Source of the DNA: an uncultured Alphaproteobacteria bacterium | GTDB lineage: Bacteria > Pseudomonadota > Alphaproteobacteria > RF32 > CAG-239 | Length of the DNA stretch: 64,000 nucleotides | Direction of reading: 5' to 3' | NCBI GenBank assembly: GCA_944391495.1 | Contig: CALXTU010000004.1 | Coordinates: 5,041-69,040, forward strand | Shown here: piece after piece, positions 54,516 through 64,000 of the stretch | Position numbering within the stretch: the first letter of the stretch is position 1 | Layout: each line of letters begins with the position of its first letter | Program-made: the position numbers and the translations under genes | The notes under the pieces: generated by a model | Databases searched by the model: none | What the model was told of the DNA's origin: nothing | What the model saw: only the letters and a program-made list of their open reading frames with translations

Positions 54516-56138
54516 ATGGATCATAAACAATTTCTTCTGGATGAATACAAAAGAGAACGTCAAGAACCGGCATATTTCTCTTTGCCGGACGGGGAGAGTG
54601 TGCTTATGCCCTGCGTCTACCACGGCGATAAAGACGCATTTGTTGATGACTGGCTGTCTTTTCAGAATGAAGAACTGCAGAAATATGATACTCACAATGC
54701 CGCCAACCCGGACAATCCCATAGAAATTCCCGAGCCGTTGAAATATGACGACCTTTATATTTTCCCGCCGTTAAAAGGAGTCCTTAAAAACTGGTCGGAG
54801 CAAAAGATTATCAACAAAGCACTGCGCACGGCCATGCGTAAATACAAAGCGGCAATAAAACAGACGGCGCAAGTTGCCAAAATATATCCGAAAGATGATT
54901 TTATTACCAGTCTGAACAAGGATGCCGTTTCCAGATTAAAAAAACTGCATAACGACTATAAAAAAGAAAAATTAAAACAAAACCTGGCCAGGACTTTCAA
55001 ATTCACGGCTAAACAAACGGCCAATATTCTGGCCGGTGCAACCGGAGCTCTGCCGGCCGCCGCATATTATCTGTTGGATAAAAAAGTGCGCTTTGCCAAA
55101 AGCAAAACCAAGAGTTTTATTGATAATACAGCTTTGCCGTATATTCGCAGAGGTGTTGCAAAGTTCCTGGTCTTGGTATGTCTTACGGGAGCAGTCAACT
55201 TAACGTCTGTCATCAAAGAAAAGCATCAGGACAAAATTGAGCAGCAAATGCTTCAAGCCCGTGAGCAAGCTGAAAAAGAAGCCTTTTTTGCCAAATATCA
55301 AACCACTAACGAGGCCTTTTATAAAAATTATAAACAGGCCAAAAACTTAGAGCAGGAATTTATCTGTCTGTTGTCCTGTTATGAAGATTATCATGAACAG
55401 GCTTATAAATGCCAGGCCGGCAAATGGACCGTCGGCTACGGATCACGGCAGTTGGCTGATGGTACGCCTGTTGTTAAAGGAACCACCGTCACCCGGAAAG
55501 ACGCCGCGGCGGCCGTTACCAAGCATATGGAAAAATACGTCTATCCTCAGCTTTGTCATATTAATAAAGAACTTTCGCCGGAACAGCTGATGGCTGTCAA
55601 TATGTTTATCTACAACACGGACGAAAACGCTTTCCGAAATTCAAAAGTCTGCCGTGCCATTAACGACAATGCCGATGAAACCAAAATGCGGGAGGCCTTT
55701 TCTTACTATCGCAGCGTTAACGGCAAGCGCAGTTACGGTCTGATCAACCGTCGCGGTTTTGAAGGCTATTTATGGAGCTGCGGCAATCTGGCCGATGTTT
55801 TGCTGATGAGCCCCAATCTGGCCGGCAGTCAGGATATCCGCTATTTCGAATATCCAGATACCGATAGTCGCAATCCGCATGAAAATCCGGACGAAACTTT
55901 TGTCGTGCGGCAAAAAGATGAAGTAAAACGGGATTTGAAAAAATTTAAAGTTTCCAATCTTTCGCAGAGCATCTTAGGCAATACCACACCGGAAATTTGT
56001 GATAATTTGTGTGATAAATACGGAATTTATGAAGAAAACAATCAAATCAAACAACTGCAGGTTATCACGGTCGATAATTCTCAAACCGGCAAGGCCATTA
56101 CTTTTGCTCAGGCTCAAAGGTTAAAGGAAAGTCGTTAA
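54516..56138 (+). CDS. Multidomain protein with an internal T4-lysozyme-like (GH24) domain
   Basis: E-x8-C-x5-T spacing (YEDYHEQAYKCQAGKWTVGYGS) and a downstream GH24-like helix (SPEQLMAVNMFIYN). No signal peptide. The N-terminal ~290 aa have no recognisable similarity. Confidence 0.5.
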   Translation: MDHKQFLLDEYKRERQEPAYFSLPDGESVLMPCVYHGDKDAFVDDWLSFQNEELQKYDTHNAANPDNPIEIPEPLKYDDLYIFPPLKGVLKNWSEQKIINKALRTAMRKYKAAIKQTAQVAKIYPKDDFITSLNKDAVSRLKKLHNDYKKEKLKQNLARTFKFTAKQTANILAGATGALPAAAYYLLDKKVRFAKSKTKSFIDNTALPYIRRGVAKFLVLVCLTGAVNLTSVIKEKHQDKIEQQMLQAREQAEKEAFFAKYQTTNEAFYKNYKQAKNLEQEFICLLSCYEDYHEQAYKCQAGKWTVGYGSRQLADGTPVVKGTTVTRKDAAAAVTKHMEKYVYPQLCHINKELSPEQLMAVNMFIYNTDENAFRNSKVCRAINDNADETKMREAFSYYRSVNGKRSYGLINRRGFEGYLWSCGNLADVLLMSPNLAGSQDIRYFEYPDTDSRNPHENPDETFVVRQKDEVKRDLKKFKVSNLSQSILGNTTPEICDNLCDKYGIYEENNQIKQLQVITVDNSQTGKAITFAQAQRLKESR

Positions 56139-56812
56139 CTCCTGTTATCGGCAGGTTGCTTTTTCCGCCGCCAGTGATTGTACAGATAAATCAGCAGCAA
56201 AACAACATACAAACCGCCCATTCCCCACCAGGTCCAGTATTTAATCTGCTTGTCGCTCCATTCTCTGGAAATGCTGTTAACGTTAAGCGCGCTGCCCTGA
56301 ACTTTAAACTCGGCATTGGGATTCTCGTGCAGAATTGAGGCACCGATTTGGTAATCGGAGTTTAAAAAATCAAATTCAATGACCAGACCGTCGTCAACAG
56401 GCTTCAGGTTAGAGGTGATATCGGGCGTTGTTATCGTCTTATCCAAGGTAAAATGCACCATTTTGGCGTCTTTCGGCACCACGATACGTATCGGATTGTG
56501 GCCGATTTTTGACACGTCTTGTCCCGATAATGCCGAAGCGCCTTTATTCTGCAGCGTCACGCGTGTCAGATATAAGTCTTTGTACTCTTTGCCTTTGACA
56601 TTAACTTTGTAATCATTGTCGTTTTGCGATGAGATAAAAGAAATCGTTTCCGTTTCATATTTCAAAATCGGACGGTTAATGTAAAACTGGTACCAGCCGA
56701 TGACAATGGCCGAAACGGCCAGCAGAAAGGCACCGGTCTTGCTGGTCCAAAAATTCCAGATTGCCGTTATGATCTTTTTTATATCGGTATTATTGCGTTT
56801 AAACAGCTTCAT
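56135..56812 (-). CDS. Bitopic membrane protein convergent with the lysozyme-domain gene
   Basis: N- and C-terminal TM helices. The 3' ends overlap by 4 nt. Confidence 0.4.
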   Translation of the reverse strand: MKLFKRNNTDIKKIITAIWNFWTSKTGAFLLAVSAIVIGWYQFYINRPILKYETETISFISSQNDNDYKVNVKGKEYKDLYLTRVTLQNKGASALSGQDVSKIGHNPIRIVVPKDAKMVHFTLDKTITTPDITSNLKPVDDGLVIEFDFLNSDYQIGASILHENPNAEFKVQGSALNVNSISREWSDKQIKYWTWWGMGGLYVVLLLIYLYNHWRRKKQPADNRS

Positions 56813-56881
56813 TGTTTATCCTCTTTTGTTGAGCTTCTCAGATATAATCCCGAGCGGCAGAATATAAAGAGGAGAATTTTT

Positions 56882-58402
56882 TTACTGCAAATATTCTTCC
56901 AAAACACCGGGTGTAAGTATTTGTGGTAAAATAAGATAATCATCTGATTTCCCGTCATAATAAACATATAACGGCACGCCGGCGCGTCCATACGCCGCCA
57001 GCCCGGCGGCCGCTTCCCGGTTAGGTGTTGTTATATCCGCGCGCAAAAGCAGAAGATTTTTTGCTTTGACCAGTTCCGCCATCAGTTCCGATTGCAACGC
57101 GGCCTTTTTGTTAACCAGACAGGTGATGCACCACTTGGCGGTAAAATCAATAAACACCGGTTGTTTCTTTGCCAAAGCCTGTTCGACCTTGGCCGCCGAA
57201 TATTCTTTCCAGTCCAGATTGCGGCCGCTGTCAAGCCAGCCGATTTGCGAGGCCAGAAGCCAAGCCAGCCAGAAACAGGTCAGGATGACGGGAATGCTCA
57301 AAATTCTTTTTAAACGCACCATCCAGATACCCGGTTTGGGCAGAATTTTACGCAACACTTCGGGATAAAGAGCCAGCAGGGCAAAGGGCAGGGCATAACC
57401 GATTCCCAAAGCCCAAAAGACCGGAAAACCGGCATAAGACGGTATCATCAGAGCATAGCCGACGGCAGCACCCATCAGCGGAGCCGTGCAGGGACTGGCA
57501 ATCAATACCGCCAGCAGCCCGGTCATAAAAGCATTGCTGCGCGGCCCGTTGAATTTTAGACCGGCCAGTTTTCCCAAGAAACCGCCGTTTATCGTAATAA
57601 CCTCCAACATCATCAAGCTCAGAATAATAAAGAGGATAAGCATGGCGCCGACAAACCACGGCGACTGCAGCTGAAATCCCCAGCCGGCCGAAGGATTAAA
57701 TCGCCGGACAAACGCCAGAATAGCGGCAATTACCGTCATGGAAACGACAATGCCCGCGGTATAATAAAAAGCCTCCTGCCGGCGGGTATGTTCCTGCATC
57801 TGTGCCAGAGCAATGATTTTAAAACTCAAAATCGGAAAAACGCACGGCATCAGGTTAAGAATCAATCCGCCGCCGAACGCCGTCAGCAGAATCAATATCC
57901 AGTTCGGCCGCGGCAAATAATCCTTGCCGGCAAAGTGAGGCGCGGCATTTTGCAAAACTTTCTGAAAAGCCGGCGTGTCGGCAACCGGAATATTGAGCGT
58001 TATACTGCCCGGAATACATTCGTCACGACAGGCCTGCCAGCTGATATCGGCCGAAAAGTTTTTATACCCCTGCGTATTTTGCAGGGTCGTTTTGTAAAAA
58101 GCCCGGCTTTCATAGCCGTCAAAGGATATACCTTCCTGGTTGAAAGGCCTGGTGTGGCTGAAACTTTCTTCAATCGCCGCTACGCCTTCCGGCAGCCGCC
58201 ACTCCACACGCAGCGGCGCCCCGAACATTTGTTCGTACGGCGCGAAGATATGCCACCCCGGTTGAATGTCAAACGCCAGCAGAACCTCAAAAAGCCCGTT
58301 GCTGCCGGTTTGACCGTAGGCCTTGACGTCAACAACGTTCTGCGCCAGCACCGGCCGGCAGCATAACCAAAGACACCAGCATATGACCCCGAGGAGCTTC
58401 AT
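56882..58402 (-). CDS. dsbD: Thiol:disulfide interchange protein DsbD
   Basis: An N-terminal domain with CxxxC, a CcdA-like TM core (two Cys) and a C-terminal thioredoxin WCITC. Confidence 0.85.
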   Translation of the reverse strand: MKLLGVICWCLWLCCRPVLAQNVVDVKAYGQTGSNGLFEVLLAFDIQPGWHIFAPYEQMFGAPLRVEWRLPEGVAAIEESFSHTRPFNQEGISFDGYESRAFYKTTLQNTQGYKNFSADISWQACRDECIPGSITLNIPVADTPAFQKVLQNAAPHFAGKDYLPRPNWILILLTAFGGGLILNLMPCVFPILSFKIIALAQMQEHTRRQEAFYYTAGIVVSMTVIAAILAFVRRFNPSAGWGFQLQSPWFVGAMLILFIILSLMMLEVITINGGFLGKLAGLKFNGPRSNAFMTGLLAVLIASPCTAPLMGAAVGYALMIPSYAGFPVFWALGIGYALPFALLALYPEVLRKILPKPGIWMVRLKRILSIPVILTCFWLAWLLASQIGWLDSGRNLDWKEYSAAKVEQALAKKQPVFIDFTAKWCITCLVNKKAALQSELMAELVKAKNLLLLRADITTPNREAAAGLAAYGRAGVPLYVYYDGKSDDYLILPQILTPGVLEEYLQ

Positions 58403-59091
58403 TATTTGCCGTTCTTCTGCTGAATAACCAATTTGTAATAGGCGGAAGAAACGATAACCAACGCTTTAAGCAGACACCAGCAGCCCAAAGCAATGGCAAT
58501 CGGCAGAAAGGCGAAGGGCATAATGCACAACAGCACAAAAGCGGCCAGCGTTTCAAATCCCTGAGCCGCCCCGCCCAGATAAAACGGCGATTCCGACAAA
58601 GAAGCAGGTTTGCCGTTCGGGTTATAAGAAACAAGGCCATAGGCCAGCAGAGCCGAGGCCGACGCCGTGAAACCAAACAACAGAAAACACGCCGCAACGG
58701 CATTTTCATCAGGATTGGCCAGAGCAAACCCGAAAATAACCCCGGCATAAAAAATAAAGTCCAGACAGGCGTCAAGAAATACGCCGAATTTGGTCACACC
58801 CTCGGCGCGGGCAACGGCGCCGTCAAGCACGTCGCAAAAACGATTGACGAGAATACACATCAAAGCTTCAAAATACATATTCATCGCCAAAAAATTAATG
58901 GCCATCATACCGATGACAAAGCCGAAAATACTGACCATATTGGCATTAATGCCGTTTTTGGACAATTCTTTACCCCAGCCGTTGACTTTTTTCTGCCATT
59001 TCTGGCGGGCACACTGAGAGTTTTTGCAAAAATCGGATTGACGATATTCTTCCATCAGACTTTTGATTTTGCTTATAATATTTTCAAGCAT
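58402..59091 (-). CDS. CDP-alcohol phosphatidyltransferase family protein
   Basis: D-G-x2-A-R...G-x3-D-x3-D signature (DVLDGAVARAEG...FLDACLD). Confidence 0.7.
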   Translation of the reverse strand: MLENIISKIKSLMEEYRQSDFCKNSQCARQKWQKKVNGWGKELSKNGINANMVSIFGFVIGMMAINFLAMNMYFEALMCILVNRFCDVLDGAVARAEGVTKFGVFLDACLDFIFYAGVIFGFALANPDENAVAACFLLFGFTASASALLAYGLVSYNPNGKPASLSESPFYLGGAAQGFETLAAFVLLCIMPFAFLPIAIALGCWCLLKALVIVSSAYYKLVIQQKNGK

Positions 59092-59204
59092 AATATTTAA
59101 TCCTTTTAAGGTGCAAAATGAAGAAGGTTGACTTTAACCAGGGTTGACTATAAAACATTTTTCAGGATTTGTAAAAAACAACTTCATAATTATACAGGTA
59201 TAAT

Positions 59205-60200
59205 ATGCGCCTTCTTACCGTTGTTTCAATATTGTTATGCCTTGTTGCCGCCGGCTGGTATATTCTGAGCGGCAGCTCATCGCATCAGGTAATCGAAGGC
59301 CAAATCTTCGGCACCTATTATAAAGTTAAAATCAATGCGCCGCGGGTTGAACCGGCGTTGGCCGGCAAAATTGCGGCAAGACTTGAGGAAGTAGACCGGA
59401 TTATGTCCGTGTTCAGGGAGGACAGCGAGCTTTCGGCCATCAATCGCGCACCTGCCGACACCGAAATCAGCCTCTCTCCGGATATGCAGGCAGTTATGCG
59501 GGCAGCCGATGAAATATATCGCCGGAGCCATGGTGCTTTTGATCCGACTTTGGGACGTCTGATTGATATGTGGGGATTCGGCCGTGGCCGAGAATCAAAT
59601 CCGTCAACTGCCGAAATCAATGCTGCTTTGGCGTCGGTTGGGTTTGACAAACTGCGGTTTTCGGACAATTTCTCCAAATTACGCAAAACGACTGCCGCCG
59701 AGATAAATTTATCGGCCATAGCCAAAGGTTTCGGTGTTGATGCCGTTGCCGAAATCCTGAATAATGCCGGATATAAGGATTATATCGTTGAAATCGGCGG
59801 TGAATTAAAAGCTCGGGGAACGCGGGATGGCACGTCGCCGTGGAATATAGGTATTAACAGACCGGCGGCCGGCGCAACCGACAACATACTGATTTTGTCT
59901 TTGAGCAATATGGCCGCGGCCACCTCCGGCAACTACCGTAATTTTTACCGGCAGGACGGTCGGATTTTTGGCCACACGATTTCATCGCAAACCGGCCGCC
60001 CGGCACAAACCGATGTTTTGTCAGCCAGCGTTTTTGATGCTTCCTGTATGTATGCCGACGCTTATGCAACCGCCATTGTCGCTATGGGACTTGAAGCCGG
60101 AAAAAACTTTGCCGAAGAAAATAATTTGCCGGTGATTATTTTTGATAATAATTTTCAGCCGCATTTTTCAACCGCCGCCGTCAAAGCTTTTAAGGAATAA
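59205..60200 (+). CDS. apbE: FAD:protein FMN transferase ApbE
   Basis: ApbE family with a lipoprotein-like N-terminus. Confidence 0.85.
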   Translation: MRLLTVVSILLCLVAAGWYILSGSSSHQVIEGQIFGTYYKVKINAPRVEPALAGKIAARLEEVDRIMSVFREDSELSAINRAPADTEISLSPDMQAVMRAADEIYRRSHGAFDPTLGRLIDMWGFGRGRESNPSTAEINAALASVGFDKLRFSDNFSKLRKTTAAEINLSAIAKGFGVDAVAEILNNAGYKDYIVEIGGELKARGTRDGTSPWNIGINRPAAGATDNILILSLSNMAAATSGNYRNFYRQDGRIFGHTISSQTGRPAQTDVLSASVFDASCMYADAYATAIVAMGLEAGKNFAEENNLPVIIFDNNFQPHFSTAAVKAFKE

Positions 60201-60204
60201 TGCC

Positions 60205-60648
60205 ATGGAAGAAATAACCCGTCCGGCCGTCATTACCGCCATCAACGGCGATGAGGTCAAACTACGTGTCAAATGTCGTTCGGCCTGCAGCAGTTGTGCC
60301 GCCAAAAGCTTTTGCGGCATGAGCGAGGCACAGGATAAAGAGATAACGGCTCTTCTGCCGCCGGCGGAAAAATTTGCGGTCGGTGAGGAAGCCGAAGTCG
60401 TCATACCGTCGGGGCAGGGCTTGCAAGCCGTTTTTTACGCTTATGTCCTGCCGCTGGTGTTGCTTGTTGCCGTTATTGTTTTGCTCAAAGCTTTAGGCTT
60501 TGGTGATTTTAGCAGCGGCATATCTGGCATAATTGTCTTGATTCCATATTATTTTGGGCTATTCTTAGTGCAGAGAAAATTAAAAAACAACTTTCGTTTA
60601 ACGATTGTGAAAATAAGCAGCGAAAGGAAAGATACGGCAGATGAATGA
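60205..60648 (+). CDS. RseC/MucC-family protein (SoxR-reducing system-like), found beside rnf genes
   Basis: A CxxC...C cluster and two C-terminal TM helices. AAGGA precedes ATG 60205. Confidence 0.65.
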   Translation: MEEITRPAVITAINGDEVKLRVKCRSACSSCAAKSFCGMSEAQDKEITALLPPAEKFAVGEEAEVVIPSGQGLQAVFYAYVLPLVLLVAVIVLLKALGFGDFSSGISGIIVLIPYYFGLFLVQRKLKNNFRLTIVKISSERKDTADE

Positions 60649-61471
60649 TCTGATAATCATCAATATGCTCGTTCTCGGCGGAACGGCATTGGCGGCGGCA
60701 ATGATTTTGTATTTTGTCTCCAAAAAATTTGCGGTCCGCACGGATGAAATGGTTATCAGAATAGCCGAATCTCTTCCTCAGGCCAACTGCGGCGCCTGCG
60801 GTAAAGCTGGCTGTGCCGATTTTGCCACGGCCTGTGCCCGGGCGGACGAACCGACATTTGCCAATTTATATTGTCCGGTCGGCGGTCAGGCGGTCATGCA
60901 GAAGATAGCCTCTCTCAAAGGTTTTGCCGCAACGGATAAGCCGGCAACGGTTGCCGTACTGCGCTGCCAGGGAACCTGCCGCAATGCGCCGGCAAAAATT
61001 GTTTATGACGCCGTCAGTTCCTGTCGTATTGCCAACCGGATTTCCAGCGGCGAAAGCGGCTGCCCGGACGGATGTCTCCATTTGGGCGACTGCGTCAAAG
61101 CTTGTAAATTCGGTGCTCTGTCTTTAGATCAAACAACGGGAATGCCTGTTGTGAACGCTGCCAAATGCGTATCCTGCGGCGCCTGTGTCAAAATCTGTCC
61201 GCGGGGTTTGTTTGAAATCCGGCCGCAAAGCCCTGCCGGCGGCATGGTTTACGTAGCCTGCCGCAACCGGCAGAAAGGTGCCGTCGCCCGCAAAAACTGC
61301 TCAGCCGCCTGCATTGCCTGCCAGAAATGCACCAAAATAAACGATTTGATTAAGGTTGAAGACAATTTATCCTATATTCCGCCGACGGTTGATGCCCGCG
61401 AGTTCGGGGCAGAATTGCGGGATTCCTGCCCGACCGGGGCCATTATTTACAAGGAGAGAGTCCGTGGTTAA
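60641..61471 (+). CDS. rnfB: Rnf complex subunit B
   Basis: N-terminal TM, a Cys-rich RnfB domain and two 4Fe-4S ferredoxin motifs. Confidence 0.85.
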   Translation: MNDLIIINMLVLGGTALAAAMILYFVSKKFAVRTDEMVIRIAESLPQANCGACGKAGCADFATACARADEPTFANLYCPVGGQAVMQKIASLKGFAATDKPATVAVLRCQGTCRNAPAKIVYDAVSSCRIANRISSGESGCPDGCLHLGDCVKACKFGALSLDQTTGMPVVNAAKCVSCGACVKICPRGLFEIRPQSPAGGMVYVACRNRQKGAVARKNCSAACIACQKCTKINDLIKVEDNLSYIPPTVDAREFGAELRDSCPTGAIIYKERVRG

Positions 61472-62786
61472 AAAATATACGTTTCCGATGGGCGGCATTC
61501 ATCCTGACAAACACAAGATAACCTCGGCTTGTCCGATTACGGCCGCTGCTTTGCCGGAGGTTGTAACAATTCCGGTCAAACAGCATATCGGAGCACCAGC
61601 TAAAATCATGGTGGCCAAAGGCGATAAAGTTAAGGTCGGAACCTTGATTGCCGATGCCGACGGCATTGTTTCGGCCGATGTTCATTCCTCTGTTTCCGGT
61701 GAGGTCGTTAAGGTTGAAGATATCCCCGGAGCTTCGGGATACGGCGAAAAAATGATTAGCATCAAAACAGAGGGTGACGAATGGGAACCCTCTATTGACC
61801 GTAGTCCGGAAATTATAAGAGATATTAATCTGACCCCTGAAGAAATCGTCACCAAAATAAGGGAAGGCGGCATCGTCGGAATGGGCGGCGCCGGGTATCC
61901 GACTCCGATAAAAACCGCTTTACCTGCCGACAAAAAAGTTGATGTTTTGATTGTTAATGGCATTGAGTGCGAACCCTTTTTAACGGCTGATGAACGTCTG
62001 ATGATTGAAAAAGCCGAACAAATCATCATGGGTGCCAGAGTGATTAATCGGGCTTTAGGGATTCAAAACGCCGTCATCGCTGTTGATGAAAACAAACCCG
62101 AAGCCGTCGAAAAGCTGACGGCCTTAAGCAAATTGTATGTCGGTGTCAACGTAAAAGTCTGCAAAACCAAATATCCTCAGGGCGGTGAACGTCAGTTGAT
62201 AAATGCCATTACCGGCCGGGAGCTGCCGTCGGGAAAACTTCCGGTTGATATCGGCTGCATCGTGCAGAATGTGGGAACGGTTTTTGCCGTTTATGAGGCG
62301 GTTTTAAAGAATAAACCGTTGTTTGAAAGAGTGGTAACCGTTTCGGGTAATTGCTGCCGGCATCCGGGAAACTATCTGGCGCGTATCGGTACGCCGATTT
62401 CCTCTCTGATAGAACAAAGCGGCGGCCTGAGCGACGATGTTGAAAAAATTGTCATCGGCGGTCCGATGATGGGCAACACCATTGTCAACACGGCGGCGCC
62501 GGTTACCAAATTAACCTCGGGTATTTTGCTCTTGGGCGGCGATGAATTTCGCAAACATGAAGCATCATCGTGTATCCGCTGCGGTAAATGCGCGGTAGTC
62601 TGTCCGGCAGGGCTGCGTCCTTTTGCCATCAGACAGGCGGTGTGTTTCAATGATCCGGCAGAAACGCTGCGCCGCTTGCACGCCGGAGACTGTATCGAAT
62701 GCGGTTGCTGCGCCTATACATGTCCGGCAAATATTCCGCTGCTGGATTACTGCAAAATAGCCAAACAGGAGATCAGAAAGAAATAG
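61465..62786 (+). CDS. rnfC: Rnf complex subunit C
   Basis: RnfC/NqrA-like with a GxGGAG NADH site and two C-terminal ferredoxin motifs. GTG start after GGAGAG. Confidence 0.85.
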
Positions 62787-62788
62787 CC

Positions 62789-63772
62789 ATGCTGAAAATA
62801 TCTGCCAATCCGCATATGCAAACTGCCCGCAACACCGGATCCATTATGCTGGACGTCGTCATAGCCTTAATGCCGGCAGCGGTTGCGGCCGTCCTTTTTT
62901 TCGGCATCGACGCGCTGCGGGTTATTCTGACATCGGTTGCCGGCTGCGTATTGTTTGAATATCTTGCCTGCCGCTACTGGTTGAAGACGGCTAACACGAC
63001 CCGCGATTTTTCCGCAGTCATCACCGGTCTTTTGCTGGCCTATAATCTGCCGTCTTCAATGCCGTGCTGGATGATTTTGATTGGAGCTTTTATGGCGATT
63101 ATTGTTGCTAAAATCTGCTTCGGCGGTCTGGGAAAAAACATCTTCAATCCGGCGCTGGTCGGCCGGGTTTTTCTGTTCATTTCTTTTCCGGTTCAGATGA
63201 CCGTCTGGCCGAAACCGTATTTTTTGCAATGGACAAGTCCCGACGGTCAGACCGGTGCCACGACCTTGAATATTATAAAAAATATTGATGTTTCCTCGGA
63301 ATATCCGATGTATTCGCCGGCCGATATTCCCAATCTTTTGGATATGTTCTTGGGCAACATCGGCGGCTGTATCGGCGAGATTTCAACTTTAGCGCTGTTG
63401 ATAGGCTTGGTATATCTGCTGTGGCGCCGGGTTATCAGTTGGCACATACCGTTTTATTATGTGGCAACGGTTTTTGCTCTGACATCAATTTTATATATGA
63501 CAACCGGCGATTTTAAGTTTCAGCCTTTGTTTCATTTGCTGTCCGGCGGACTGATGCTCGGTGCGTTTTTTATGGCAACGGACTACACCACTTCGCCGAT
63601 GACGGTAAAAGGACAAATCATTTTTGCCATCGGCTGCGGTCTTTTAACCGTTATTATCCGCGCTTTCAGCGCCTATCCGGAGGGCGTGTCTTTTGCCATT
63701 CTGATTATGAACGCGCTTGTACCGTTAATTGATAAGTTTGCGGTTCAGCGCTATTACGGGGAGAGAAAATAA
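62789..63772 (+). CDS. rnfD: Rnf complex subunit D
   Basis: Polytopic RnfD/NqrB-like protein. Confidence 0.85.
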   Translation: MLKISANPHMQTARNTGSIMLDVVIALMPAAVAAVLFFGIDALRVILTSVAGCVLFEYLACRYWLKTANTTRDFSAVITGLLLAYNLPSSMPCWMILIGAFMAIIVAKICFGGLGKNIFNPALVGRVFLFISFPVQMTVWPKPYFLQWTSPDGQTGATTLNIIKNIDVSSEYPMYSPADIPNLLDMFLGNIGGCIGEISTLALLIGLVYLLWRRVISWHIPFYYVATVFALTSILYMTTGDFKFQPLFHLLSGGLMLGAFFMATDYTTSPMTVKGQIIFAIGCGLLTVIIRAFSAYPEGVSFAILIMNALVPLIDKFAVQRYYGERK

Positions 63773-64000
63773 TGGCCCGGAAAAAGCAGGGAATTTTACA
63801 GCCGCTTATAGTGCTTGTCGGGATTGCCGTCATTTCGGCCTTTACGCTCGGTTATGTGCGCCAGATAACCGAAGAACCGATAAAAAGAGCCAAAGACAAT
63901 CAGGAACTGGCCGCAATTGCCGAGGTCGTCAACGAGTTTGACAACAATCCTTTTGCCGAAAAAATGACGATTACGACAGCCAATAAAAAACACAAGCTGA
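63772..64000 (+). CDS. rnfG: Rnf complex subunit G (5' part, runs off the window)
   Basis: ATG overlaps the rnfD stop. An N-terminal TM plus an RnfG/NqrC-like start. Confidence 0.55.
   Translation, partial: MARKKQGILQPLIVLVGIAVISAFTLGYVRQITEEPIKRAKDNQELAAIAEVVNEFDNNPFAEKMTITTANKKHKL

Noticed and set aside
1-64000. Transposases, integrases, phage structural genes, restriction-modification or known defence systems
   Set aside because: I looked for DDE/HTH transposase, tyrosine recombinase or methyltransferase signatures in every ORF of 60 aa or more and found none. The accessory islets appear to be integrase-less remnants.

Overview
This is 64 kb of bacterial chromosome from a diderm (LPS-producing) organism; I cannot place it taxonomically from sequence alone. 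By eye the core genes are moderately GC-rich and several short islets are clearly AT-rich.

Core content:
- trmD and rplS, with a partial rimM 3' end before them.
- hisS, dut, lon followed by hupB, and divergent recG/mfd.
- lpxK, waaA and a DUF374 gene.
- An almost complete fatty-acid synthesis supercluster (fabZ-accA-accD-NMO-like-fabI-accB-accC-fabH-fabF-fabD-fabG) lacking acpP.
- dsbD, and apbE-rseC-rnfBCDG at the window end.
- tRNA-Thr(CGU) on the minus strand and tRNA-Val(UAC) on the plus strand.

Accessory or unusual content:
1. A tandem array of small polymorphic-toxin and immunity cassettes between rplS and hisS. The two toxins share an identical N-terminal domain and differ in their C-termini. 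One C-terminus is Tlde1/DUF2778-like (peptidoglycan-targeting) and the other is a glycine-zipper tail. The cassettes are stitched together by three families of junction repeats.
2. An Asd-fold pseudoenzyme with every catalytic signature replaced, translationally coupled to an MscK-like channel and a lone MurD-like ligase.
3. An AT-rich islet at the 3' end of tRNA-Thr carrying a Fic gene flanked by direct repeats, a YwqK/MORN immunity-like protein and an HTH protein.
4. A lipid A glucosamine-modification operon resembling lgmB-lgmA-lgmC.
5. An AT-rich insertion splitting lon from hupB that encodes a 523-aa secreted protein with an HExxH motif.
6. An NlpC/P60 protein and three copies of a 91-bp tandem repeat downstream of tRNA-Val, followed by a glycosyltransferase islet.
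7. A cluster of four small membrane-protein genes.
8. A T4-lysozyme-like (GH24) domain protein paired with a convergent membrane protein.
9. Two perfect 16-bp palindromes, one at the OMP gene and one upstream of the fatty-acid supercluster.

I found no CRISPR array, transposase or integrase.
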